Shown one piece after another: positions 22,092 through 31,083 of a stretch of 64,000 nucleotides of DNA. Under the pieces are notes generated by a model. That model was not told the DNA's origin. It did no database searches and worked only from the letters and a program-made list of their open reading frames with translations. Each line of letters opens with the position of its first letter. Positions within the stretch are counted from its first letter, which is position 1. The DNA lies in NCBI GenBank assembly GCA_963976765.1, contig CAXBME010000002.1, positions 310,001 to 374,000 on the forward strand, read 5' to 3'. A program made the position numbers and the translations under genes. Source of the stretch: an uncultured Planctomycetaceae bacterium (GTDB taxonomy: Bacteria; Planctomycetota; Planctomycetia; Planctomycetales; Planctomycetaceae).

Positions 22092-23201
22092 ATGACTTCT
22101 TCGGCTCCCGATTCGTTCCCATCCACTCGTGACTTCTCACAGCATTTCCGCCCAACCGGAAGTGCTCTAACGATGCGCTATGAGTCGTTGCAGAAGTCCG
22201 ATGCCGTTCACTGGACGGCGCAGTATCGCTTTCTGGAACGTCTGGGGGCGGGCTCGCAAAGCGTCGTTATGCTGGCAGACCGGCTGGGGTCACTTGATGT
22301 TTCGCTGCGTGTTGCGTTGAAACTGTTTTCTCCGTTGCTTTACCCCGATACAGATTCGTACCTGACTGAGATGGCTCAGACAGCTCAGATCGCGATGAAG
22401 ATCGCATCGATTCAGCAGGATCATCTGCTGGACGTTCACAACTTCATTGAGAGCAGCGGCATTCAGATCATGGTGATGGAGTGGGTCGATGGCTTCGACC
22501 TGAAGTACCTGATGGAGCCGGAGCGACTGCGGGCAACGGCTTCAGCGGCCGGACGTGAACGCTGGGTACACGTCAACGATGTTGTCGTTACCGCAGGGCC
22601 AACTCAATCCAGACTGAAGCCTGGAGTCGCCCTTCACGTTCTTCGGGAGTGCCTCGCTGGTTTGTCAGTACTTCACCGAGCGAACATCATTCATGGAGAC
22701 ATTAAACCATCGAACATCATGCTGAAAAGAACAGCCAGTTCGAAGGTAATCGATTTTGGTTCGGCCTTCGAAATCTCCCGGCCACGTATTCAACCGGCCT
22801 GGACGCCGCGGTATGCCGCTCCGGAAGTCATCGAAACCGGGAAGTTTGAACTGAACTCTGACCTCGCGAGTCTTGGGTATGTCTTTCTGGAGTTGATTTC
22901 CGGACGATCGCCATTCGATGACGTCAAGACGAAAGTTCAAATGCTGGACGTCAAGAATTCTCTGCATGATCGAGTGGAAGACGTATTACCGCGCGACGTT
23001 CGCCGCGATGCAGGGCTGGTTGAGTTAATCCGCGGCATGATTCACCCGGATTGTTCGCAACGTTTTTCCGGTCCTGATGACGCCGATTTATCTCCCGACG
23101 GCGCGGCCGCAGCGCATAAGCGACTGGTACTGGGCGATCTTTCCAGCGAGTACGAAAACGACATCCGCGAATGGCTGCAGTATGTGCCTTCTCCGAATTG
23201 A
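22092..23201 (+). CDS. Soluble Hanks-type Ser/Thr protein kinase
   Basis: LGAGSQSVV, VALK, HGDIKPSN, IDFG, YAAPE and SDLASLG. No TM segment. Confidence 0.9.
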   Translation: MTSSAPDSFPSTRDFSQHFRPTGSALTMRYESLQKSDAVHWTAQYRFLERLGAGSQSVVMLADRLGSLDVSLRVALKLFSPLLYPDTDSYLTEMAQTAQIAMKIASIQQDHLLDVHNFIESSGIQIMVMEWVDGFDLKYLMEPERLRATASAAGRERWVHVNDVVVTAGPTQSRLKPGVALHVLRECLAGLSVLHRANIIHGDIKPSNIMLKRTASSKVIDFGSAFEISRPRIQPAWTPRYAAPEVIETGKFELNSDLASLGYVFLELISGRSPFDDVKTKVQMLDVKNSLHDRVEDVLPRDVRRDAGLVELIRGMIHPDCSQRFSGPDDADLSPDGAAAAHKRLVLGDLSSEYENDIREWLQYVPSPN

Positions 23202-23308
23202 TGCGTCGAAGTCGTAGCTTTAATGGCAGGCCGAAGAAGGCTCAACACAAGTCCGGAACGCCGAACGAGATTTGGCTCCCCAGCTGCTGAAAATGAGCTG
23301 GCAGACGA

Positions 23309-23344
23309 AGAAAGCCTCGCCGGATGGCGAGGCTTTCTGTTTTT
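23309..23344. terminator. Probable bidirectional terminator between the kinase and fliA
   Basis: Perfect 13-bp stem agaaagcctcgcc/ggcgaggctttct with T-rich tails, between convergent genes. Confidence 0.8.
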
Positions 23345-23364
23345 CCGGCTGAGAATTCCGACAC

Positions 23365-24144
23365 TCAGGCAAACTCTGGACGACGTCGTCGGAGCTGGTC
23401 TTTTAAGCGAGCCACAATGCTGGAGTGCATCTGACTGACTCGTGATTCTGACAGACCAAGCGTCGAACCGATTTCCTTCATCGTCAATTCCTCGTAGTAG
23501 TAGAGGATCATGATGAGGCGTTCGTTGCGGTTCAGACCTTTGGTGACCAGACGCATGATATCGCGTTTCTGAATTCCACCGGTGGGGTCTTCGCCTTTCT
23601 GATCTTCGACGATGTCGACCTCTCGAACGTCCTTGTAGCTATCAGTCTCGTACCATTTCTTATTCAGACTGACGAGCCCGACGGCGCTCGCGTCGGATTT
23701 CATCTTTTCGTACTCTTCGAGCGACATTTCCATCTCAGCGGCCATTTCGGCGGCTGTTGGCGGACGTCCCACACGAGCTTCAACGCGCTTGCGTCCGGCT
23801 TCGAGCTTGCTGGCTTTGCTTCGTACAAGTCTCGGAACCCAGTCCATGGTGCGGAGTTCGTCCAGCATCGCTCCACGAATTCGCGGGACGCAGTACGTCT
23901 CGAATTTGACGCCACGTTCCATGTCGAATGCTTCGATGGCATCCATGAGTCCGAAGACGCCGGCCGAAATCAGGTCGTTCAGGTCGACCCCTTCGGGCAG
24001 TTTCTGCCACACACGCTCAGCGTTGTATTTGACTAACGGAAAGTACCGTTCGATGAGAATGTTCCGCAGTCGCTGATCCTTGAGATCTGCTTTGAAGTCC
24101 TTCCAGACCTCTGCCAGAACTTCGTCGCTGATCTTCGTTGCCAT
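23365..24144 (-). CDS. fliA: FliA/WhiG-family RNA polymerase sigma factor (sigma-28)
   Basis: DLISAGVFGLMDAI, FETYCVPRIRGAMLDELRTMDWVPR and YYYEELTMKEIGSTLGLSESRVSQMH. GGAGG RBS before ATG 24144. Confidence 0.94.
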   Translation of the reverse strand: MATKISDEVLAEVWKDFKADLKDQRLRNILIERYFPLVKYNAERVWQKLPEGVDLNDLISAGVFGLMDAIEAFDMERGVKFETYCVPRIRGAMLDELRTMDWVPRLVRSKASKLEAGRKRVEARVGRPPTAAEMAAEMEMSLEEYEKMKSDASAVGLVSLNKKWYETDSYKDVREVDIVEDQKGEDPTGGIQKRDIMRLVTKGLNRNERLIMILYYYEELTMKEIGSTLGLSESRVSQMHSSIVARLKDQLRRRRPEFA

Positions 24145-24211
24145 GAAACCCTCCGTGGTTTTCATCGTCATGCAGTTTCGAACTCTGTTATGGACGCGTC
24201 AGCAGCGTCGT

Positions 24212-24469
24212 TCAGGGTTCGGTACTGAGTTGTTGGTTGTTGTCCTGAGGTGCGTTTTCGCCAATGACTTTTCTGATTTTCGAAATCACCATGTCTTCCA
24301 GCAGGCGACGGGTGAGTTCTCCGATGATCAGTCCGATTCCGAAGAATACGGCTCCGATCTTGATGGCCAGTGTCAGTACTGTCTGAAATTCCGAACCGTC
24401 CAGAACGCCGCGAAGTACAACCGTCGCAAACGCGATGAGTGCAAGTCGACATGCAATGTGGAGTGCCAC
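24212..24469 (-). CDS. Small membrane protein upstream of fliA
   Basis: 85 aa with two hydrophobic segments, co-oriented and closely upstream of fliA. Confidence 0.6.
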   Translation of the reverse strand: MALHIACRLALIAFATVVLRGVLDGSEFQTVLTLAIKIGAVFFGIGLIIGELTRRLLEDMVISKIRKVIGENAPQDNNQQLSTEP

Positions 24470-24561
24470 GGGACTGTCCGAAAACTGGTACAGGCAACGA
24501 CTGTGATCTCTTGCAGAAACTCACCAGGAGTGACGTAATTGCGAAGAGGGCCTGCTTCGAT

Positions 24562-24569
24562 TTATCGGC
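24562..24569 (-). promoter_or_regulatory. Sigma-28-type -10 element (GCCGATAA) upstream of the small gene/fliA unit
   Basis: Perfect GCCGATAA about 90 nt upstream of the start. The -35 is not canonical. Confidence 0.45.
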
Positions 24570-25122
24570 CAGTTGGACTTCTGAAATCAGCCTTTTCGGA
24601 AAAGTTTTCGTAATCGGAAAAGTTTGACAAGCAGAGAAAGCAAGATCTGTGAAGCTTCAAGGTGGTAGGAGAAGAAGGAGTGAAGTGACCAGCAGAGTGC
24701 CGGCAATGAGAAATGACGTGTGGTGAGATGGGTCAGCAGGCTAACCCGGGGTTCATCATTGAGTGAATGTCAAATGGAGGCCATTCTGGACTGAATGTAG
24801 ACATCCCAAGGGGACATGTACTGTATTTACTGTTCGATCAGATCCAGCGACGCCGTATTGGAACGATGATTTTTCGAGTAATTTTTGACCGGGCATTAAA
24901 TCGAAGCAGGAGAGGACTAAGAACTCAGATTTGCGATCAGGCCGCACATCCGTGCTCTCGATTCTCTCCTGCATGTTTGAGTGCCAGACGGCATGAAGTG
25001 GCCCGCACGACTCGCACTCCACATAAAGTTGTAGATCTCACCGTAGTTCAATCCACGTTTACAGGTCAGGTAGCGTCTTCAATCAGGCATACCTGCTGCC
25101 GTTGCTGGTTGCGAAAGACGAA

Positions 25123-25437
25123 CTACTCAACCGCCTCGAAATCTGAGTGAGTGAGGCAGGCCCATTTATGATAGATCTGCTGATCCTCACAACGTTTGAC
25201 GTACGACGCGGGCATTGAGGTCACGACGGCATCGTCCCATTCAACAAAGTATTTGAAAGGAGCCTTTTTGCCGGAAACCTCGACAATCCTGCCAGTCCAG
25301 CCAGCGAAGGAGATATCCGGAAAATCCGGTGAGACGACTTTATCAAGAGCACGAATGCTGGTCCCAACCTTGTGCTTAACCGTCTTTTTCTTGACGGTCG
25401 TCTCAGGTTGAGAATTGGAGGCGGTCACACTGGGCAT
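25123..25437 (-). CDS. Hypothetical protein (small, beta-rich, SH3-like appearance)
   Basis: 104 aa with AGGA RBS and protein-like motif PDFPDISFAGWTGRI…VEWD. Confidence 0.65.
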   Translation of the reverse strand: MPSVTASNSQPETTVKKKTVKHKVGTSIRALDKVVSPDFPDISFAGWTGRIVEVSGKKAPFKYFVEWDDAVVTSMPASYVKRCEDQQIYHKWACLTHSDFEAVE

Positions 25438-25597
25438 CTGTCTGTCCTGCTTCTGGGAAGTTCTGTTTTAGGACGGTCAACCTGACGGCTCGCTGCGGGA
25501 AACAATCAGATCAACTGGCTGTCAGAAAACGGCTTCAATCGAAATTCACAGTTAGGCGTGGATGTAGGGTCAACAGTTCGAATTCAGTTCGGGTCAA

Positions 25598-26500
25598 TCA
25601 ATGAGCGGTCACAGTCGGCAATGCAGAGAATCGCTGATCAGCGTGAGCTGGATCGGCATTTCCAACTCCTGCCATTGAAGGTCGTGTCTGGTGCATGACG
25701 ATCGGCTGCGAATGGGCAACTGTAGGCTGAGCTATGACGGGCTGTCCGAACGCAATCGCCGACTGAGCCGGCGGATAGTTGGCGAATGTCGGCTGCGGTG
25801 TCTGGGCAATAATCGGCTGCCCGTTGACGAAAGTCGGCATCTGAGCAAACTGCGTCGACGTCTGCGGAGCCACTGAACCACCAAGAGTAGCGACTCGGCT
25901 TTTAACATCGGGCTGATACCAGTTCTGGTAGAGCGACCGACGGTACATGGCAACGGCCTCGCTGGATCGTCCCTGATCCTGATACACCTGTCCGAGGTGA
26001 GCGAGTGCCGTAGCATTTGAGGGATCAACCTGCAGCGCCTGTCGAAGATTTTCTTCCGACGCGGCGTGGTTACCCATTTCACGGTTGAGCCACGCGAGTT
26101 CGATCTGCGGCTCAGGAATGTATGGTTGAGTGTCAGCCCAGGCGGTCATCAGCTCATGAGCTTCGCCAGTACGGCCCTGTTCGTTCAGCAGTTTCGCCAG
26201 GCTGTGGTACGACGGCTGGTGCATCGGATCGATGTCGAGCACCTGTCGATAAACCTGCTCAGCTCCCGCTGTATTGCCCTGCTTCCACATGGCGGACGCA
26301 ACATTGTGAAGGTATGCCGGCTTGCGGGGATTGTCAGCAGCAGCCATCCGAAAATAACGACTGGCTTCGGCGTAGTTCCCGCTCTTGAAATTCCGTGTGC
26401 CCATTGTGTTGTGCACAAACCCGTTCGGTGCACCACATCCGGCCAGCAGACTGACCAGACAAGTGATGATCGCGCAGGCCATGACCCGTGTGAAAAACAT
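25598..26500 (-). CDS. Tetratricopeptide-repeat lipoprotein
   Basis: Lipobox LAGC, several TPRs (e.g. ALQVDPSNATALAHLGQVYQDQG) and a Pro/Gln-rich tail. ATG 26500 with GGAG. Confidence 0.85.
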   Translation of the reverse strand: MFFTRVMACAIITCLVSLLAGCGAPNGFVHNTMGTRNFKSGNYAEASRYFRMAAADNPRKPAYLHNVASAMWKQGNTAGAEQVYRQVLDIDPMHQPSYHSLAKLLNEQGRTGEAHELMTAWADTQPYIPEPQIELAWLNREMGNHAASEENLRQALQVDPSNATALAHLGQVYQDQGRSSEAVAMYRRSLYQNWYQPDVKSRVATLGGSVAPQTSTQFAQMPTFVNGQPIIAQTPQPTFANYPPAQSAIAFGQPVIAQPTVAHSQPIVMHQTRPSMAGVGNADPAHADQRFSALPTVTAH

Positions 26501-26888
26501 GGGTGGAATTCTCCAGAAAGTTAATGCCGGAACCGATGCGGAACGAATATTCCTCGTACAGCCCACGACCTTTCGATCAGAGATATGCACGAAGAACTGA
26601 AACGTAACTGAGTTAAGAAAACGCAGACACGAATCTGTGGATGAGTTGTGATTGGGTGAGTGATGCCCCGTCAGACATCGCGTGCTCTGAGGAAGTCGAG
26701 CGAAGGAAAGGTGCGTCGGATGTGACTCGGACGAAGTGAGTGACGGGAATTTGCTTCAGGGCCGGGCAGACTACTGGTCGACAAAAAACGCTGCAATACC
26801 GAATTGCAGACTCTGCAATAGGTCTGAAAATATTACACAACCTGCAAGTCCGGTACGGCGAATGGAGACGTCGATCGCCGCTGCCAAC

Positions 26889-28163
26889 CTACTGGATCCG
26901 TGCGTAATACCTCAGCATTTCGGCGTCGAGCAGAATCAGATTGTCACCGAACGATTCCTTGAACAGTTTGACTCGCGCTTCGGGAGCCAACTGTCGAGTG
27001 ACTTCCGGCGAGGCCATTTTCTGAAGGAACCTGGCGTATTCACGCGGCCGAGTTTCGATCAACCAGAATGAAAGAGCCCACGCCTGAGCATAAGCGTTGC
27101 TCATTTGAGTGCTGAAAGTTTCGTCGTCTCGAATGAACTTCTCAAGAAAACCCGCAGGGCGACCTTCTTTGATGAACTTCTGCAATCCGTAATGCCAGCC
27201 AGGATTCAATCGCTTCCTGACGTCTCGGTCCATCGCAAATTCCTCCATGCCCGGCGTTTCAAAGACCGTTGCCAGGCCTTCGACGACCCACTTCGGATTT
27301 CGCCCCGTTCGATTGTGGAGTCCCAGGTTATAACCAAGCTGGTGAGTCGCCTCGTGAATCATCGTTTCGCGAAGATCCGAGTTGATACCCGCTCGCGATG
27401 CGACATCATCCAGACCATGAGAATGTCCGAACTGGCTCTCGGTCCCGGAATTTTGAAACGCCCAGCCCCAGGCGGCGTCTTCCAGCTGAGCGCGTTCACC
27501 GAAGAAGCCATCGCAGCCAGCCTCCTGGAACGCCGCCGCCAGCAATCGTTCACTGGTCGCTGCCTCGTGGTTGAGAATCGAGGCTTGAGACTTCTGATCT
27601 TCGAACATGATCACTCGGTTATGGGTCGACCAGTAGTAACCGAGGATGCTGGAATTAACTTTCGCGTTTTCCCTGCGAGCATAGTCGAGGAAACTCTTTC
27701 GATCCTTCAGGACGACGGCAATCATCGGAAATTCGGGGTCGCTCAGCTCAAAACCCCGAATAGAAAAATACATGTGAAATCGCCGCCAGGTTTTCTCGAA
27801 GACTTCGCAGTAGGATTTTGCGCGACCTTCAGGAGCACACACGACATAGTGTCTTGTCGTCGCCACTTCAGAGTCACTGCCGAACTCCCTGAGCAGCTTC
27901 GTTCGCAAAGTCTGAAACGAGTGAGGGGCAAAGGTGGAAGAGACCTTCTTGAACCGAGTGACCTTACTCAGGTCGATCGTGTGCATCTTCCCTTCGCGGT
28001 CATAGAGCGTACACCACCCCTGGCCACGTTCTGCGATGCGACCTTCAACGGCTGCGTCACCAAGGCGAAGTTCCACCATTGGCTGGGCGGCAAATGCCGA
28101 TCGAGATGAAGAGAGAACAGCCGCAAAGGCGGCAGCGACGAGCAGAATGTTTTTTGGATTCAT
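26889..28163 (-). CDS. DUF1570-domain secreted protein (zincin-like HExxH)
   Basis: Signal peptide MNPKNILLVAAAFAAVL, TMIHEATHQ, WVVEGLATVFE and YAQAWAL. Confidence 0.8.
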   Translation of the reverse strand: MNPKNILLVAAAFAAVLSSSRSAFAAQPMVELRLGDAAVEGRIAERGQGWCTLYDREGKMHTIDLSKVTRFKKVSSTFAPHSFQTLRTKLLREFGSDSEVATTRHYVVCAPEGRAKSYCEVFEKTWRRFHMYFSIRGFELSDPEFPMIAVVLKDRKSFLDYARRENAKVNSSILGYYWSTHNRVIMFEDQKSQASILNHEAATSERLLAAAFQEAGCDGFFGERAQLEDAAWGWAFQNSGTESQFGHSHGLDDVASRAGINSDLRETMIHEATHQLGYNLGLHNRTGRNPKWVVEGLATVFETPGMEEFAMDRDVRKRLNPGWHYGLQKFIKEGRPAGFLEKFIRDDETFSTQMSNAYAQAWALSFWLIETRPREYARFLQKMASPEVTRQLAPEARVKLFKESFGDNLILLDAEMLRYYARIQ

Positions 28164-28565
28164 CGTCGAATTGAGTCTATCAGCAGAGGTGAATCGTGAT
28201 GCGGATGCAGCCTCCAATTGCTGACGCTCAGTCCAATCCCTCGCCTCAACTATACCTCTCGCCTCGCGCAGCGTGAGATTTGAGCCGGCAATCTCCACGA
28301 GCTTTCAGGTCCGCCGACCGGGGTTAAGACCACCGTTGACTAACCTGCCAGCCAGGCACGAACTGCCAGCTTCCACAGACAATCGATTGATTGCAGCAGG
28401 AAATGCCGGTCTGTCACGAGACGACGGCGACGCGCTGAGTCACTTGTCGAAAACACAGAAAGACCACTTCGGAATATCACTGGCTCCACCAGCGCAGATT
28501 TTCCGGCAATGGCCAGGCACCGATCGCACTGGCAGGACCAGTGGCACACATCCTTCAAACGTCTG

Positions 28566-29960
28566 CTAACTCACTGCGGATCCCATCGGGCCGAAGAAGC
28601 AGTAGTACGGTTGGGATCCGTCGGCGACTCGCTGAATGTAGAGGGCGAGTTCTCGCAGGTGATAGTCGCCCCACATGCACGATTCGCTGTGAGGGATTTT
28701 CGATCCTGCCGGGATGTGGTCCCAACCTCGCGGCTGATGATAGATCGTGTGCAGAAGCTGCCCCTGGTGATCGTCGTCCGTGCTGAGGTACGGTTCGGCG
28801 AACAGCGACTGAGCTGTCGTCAGTCCAGCCTGCCAGTATCGAGCGGCCGCATCGTCATCGTGACCTTGCAGGAAGCGCCCAAGTCTGAGCAGCCCCTGAG
28901 CACTGATCGCGGCAGCCGAACTGTCGACAGGCTCGTGATCGTTGAACGGCTCGGACGGACGATTCAGGTAATCACCCAGTTGAGAAAGCCCCGGAACGCC
29001 GGTGTCCCAGTAAGGCACGCCATCGGTCGGTGTGTTCTCGATGAAGAAATCGCATGACGCCTGAGCAGCCTTCAGCATGACTTCTTCGATTTCTTTTCGA
29101 CCGCCGAGAGGATCGAGCTGCTCGTCAGAAATGCTCTGCAGAAACTCCAACTGCTCGGGATAGCCAGCGATAATCCACGACAAGCCGCGTGTCCAGGTTG
29201 AAAACGGCGAATAACCCTGCTGCGTGCTCGGGCAGCGGTACCGACCATCATTCCGGTTGAAAATGCTTTCGTGGGCGACACGACCGCAGACATCGTATGT
29301 GTCGCGACTTTCTCCGTAGTAGACGTTGTACTTCGCCGTTGTCCGAGCGTGCTGGATCATGCGGTCCAGCAGGCAGATCGGATCATCGTTTTCTCCCATC
29401 AGTGAATGCCCAAGCTGGTGAGCCAGTGACAGCGACCTCATCGACCGAATCGTGTCGCAAAACAGCGAGTGGGGGCCGTTGAATGAGTACACGTAGCCGT
29501 GCCCGTCGGCGGTCGTGCTCCAGCGCGATGCCTGGACAGCTCCGGAAACTTTCAGCGCCAGTTCGTAGAAGTCGAGTTCTTTGTCGTCGTGCGAAATCCG
29601 ACCTTCCAGCATCAACCGGCGGAGATTCCCGTAGGTGCTGACGTTGTTAAAGCCGTGATCGTGAACTCCGACATGCGAAACATGCGGCGCCATTCGTTCG
29701 ACGGTGTTTCGTCGACCGATCTCCAGAAACTGCTCATCGCCCGTCGCGTCGAACTGCAGAATTGCCGAGCCGAACTGAAATCCCTGAGTCCATTCGGTCC
29801 ACCCTTGCGGCTGATACTTTCCTTCGATTGTGAAAACCGGCGTCTGCGAGTTCGCCGAACATGATTCCTCAATGGAAAGAATCTTTCGTCCAGACGCATC
29901 CCACATCTGGTCGATGGCTGGAAGCAGGTCAGCAGTTGTCAGCTCAGAGTTGATAATCAT
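28566..29960 (-). CDS. Glycoside hydrolase family 88-like (unsaturated glucuronyl hydrolase)
   Basis: WTEWTQGF, HDHGF, QQGYSPFSTWTRGLSW, DGVPYWD, DSSAAAI and WGDY. Confidence 0.85.
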   Translation of the reverse strand: MIINSELTTADLLPAIDQMWDASGRKILSIEESCSANSQTPVFTIEGKYQPQGWTEWTQGFQFGSAILQFDATGDEQFLEIGRRNTVERMAPHVSHVGVHDHGFNNVSTYGNLRRLMLEGRISHDDKELDFYELALKVSGAVQASRWSTTADGHGYVYSFNGPHSLFCDTIRSMRSLSLAHQLGHSLMGENDDPICLLDRMIQHARTTAKYNVYYGESRDTYDVCGRVAHESIFNRNDGRYRCPSTQQGYSPFSTWTRGLSWIIAGYPEQLEFLQSISDEQLDPLGGRKEIEEVMLKAAQASCDFFIENTPTDGVPYWDTGVPGLSQLGDYLNRPSEPFNDHEPVDSSAAAISAQGLLRLGRFLQGHDDDAAARYWQAGLTTAQSLFAEPYLSTDDDHQGQLLHTIYHQPRGWDHIPAGSKIPHSESCMWGDYHLRELALYIQRVADGSQPYYCFFGPMGSAVS

Positions 29961-30013
29961 CGTGTTGTCAGTCGAGTTTGGGGCAAAGTCACAGTGCTAC
30001 GAAGTGAGTGCCG

Positions 30014-30859
30014 TCAGCTTCCCGAGCTGCGGTAACTGCGGAGCGACCACTGAAACAGCATTCTGGAAAGGACGAGGCCGACGGTCGACGAAACCAGCCC
30101 GATCACCGGGTAGTGCCACTCAGTCAGCCCCTTCGCAATGACACGAGCGGGTACGGTAACGACCAGTAGAATCGGTATCGCAAAGGTAAAGGTGCCCTGC
30201 AGGATCTCGCAGAACTCCAGCCGCTGGGCATCCACGCCGTTGTAAATGCTGCGCGGGTAGCGTGCGAAAACCGTGATGTAGAACCAGAAATCGTAGAGTC
30301 CCTGGTTTCTGGTCAGCCAGATGCTGGTACTCGCCATCGCGATCATCAGGCTGTAGAAAAAAAACACTCCCACGACAATGAATCCCAGGTAAGCGGCGAC
30401 CTGCATGACGCTGACCGGCTCCCCGATCTGAATCAGCGAGTACGTCAGCAATCCCAGAGCCAGCAGCGACTGGTTGACCATCGCCAGCTCCATCTTCTCG
30501 CACGAAATCAGGAACTGCGTGTCGATCGGTTTGACCAGAACGAAGTCGAGATTGCCCGTTCGAATCATCTCGCTGAAGTTTGCACAGTTCGGCATGAACA
30601 GGGCTTCGATGATCGAGTTGATCAGCATCCCCGTCGCCATGAAGGCAAAATACTGAGGCCTCGTCCAGTCATTGATTGTGTCGACGTTGCGGTAAACGAT
30701 CTCGAACAACGTAATCTGAGCGCAAAACCAGAACGCTCGCGTGATTACATTAATAAGGAAGTTGCCGCGGAACATCATCTCACGGACGAGCGCGTTCCGT
30801 AGAAACGTCGTCCAGACTCGCCTGTAGTTTGCTTGCGCTGATTTCGCGGGATGATTCAT
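30014..30859 (-). CDS. ABC-2 family transporter permease (DUF990-like)
   Basis: [28 protein letters not shown] and YRSSGS C-terminus, with about 6 TM segments. Confidence 0.85.
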   Translation of the reverse strand: MNHPAKSAQANYRRVWTTFLRNALVREMMFRGNFLINVITRAFWFCAQITLFEIVYRNVDTINDWTRPQYFAFMATGMLINSIIEALFMPNCANFSEMIRTGNLDFVLVKPIDTQFLISCEKMELAMVNQSLLALGLLTYSLIQIGEPVSVMQVAAYLGFIVVGVFFFYSLMIAMASTSIWLTRNQGLYDFWFYITVFARYPRSIYNGVDAQRLEFCEILQGTFTFAIPILLVVTVPARVIAKGLTEWHYPVIGLVSSTVGLVLSRMLFQWSLRSYRSSGS

Positions 30860-31083
30860 GCGGAGAGTTTAGCAACCGATCGAAAGTGTGCCCATTTGCT
30901 GAACGGACGAAATGGCAAGGCGCCGATCGTGTTCGTCGGGATCCTCATCTGGACAGGATTTTGGGTTTTCCATATCAACCGGCTGGATTTTGTTAAAGTT
31001 CCGGGAAGAAGGCCTCGAAACGCCAGTGACACCTGACGGACAAGGTGTAAATCGTTGCTGTTTCGGACTTTCTAACTCGTTTT

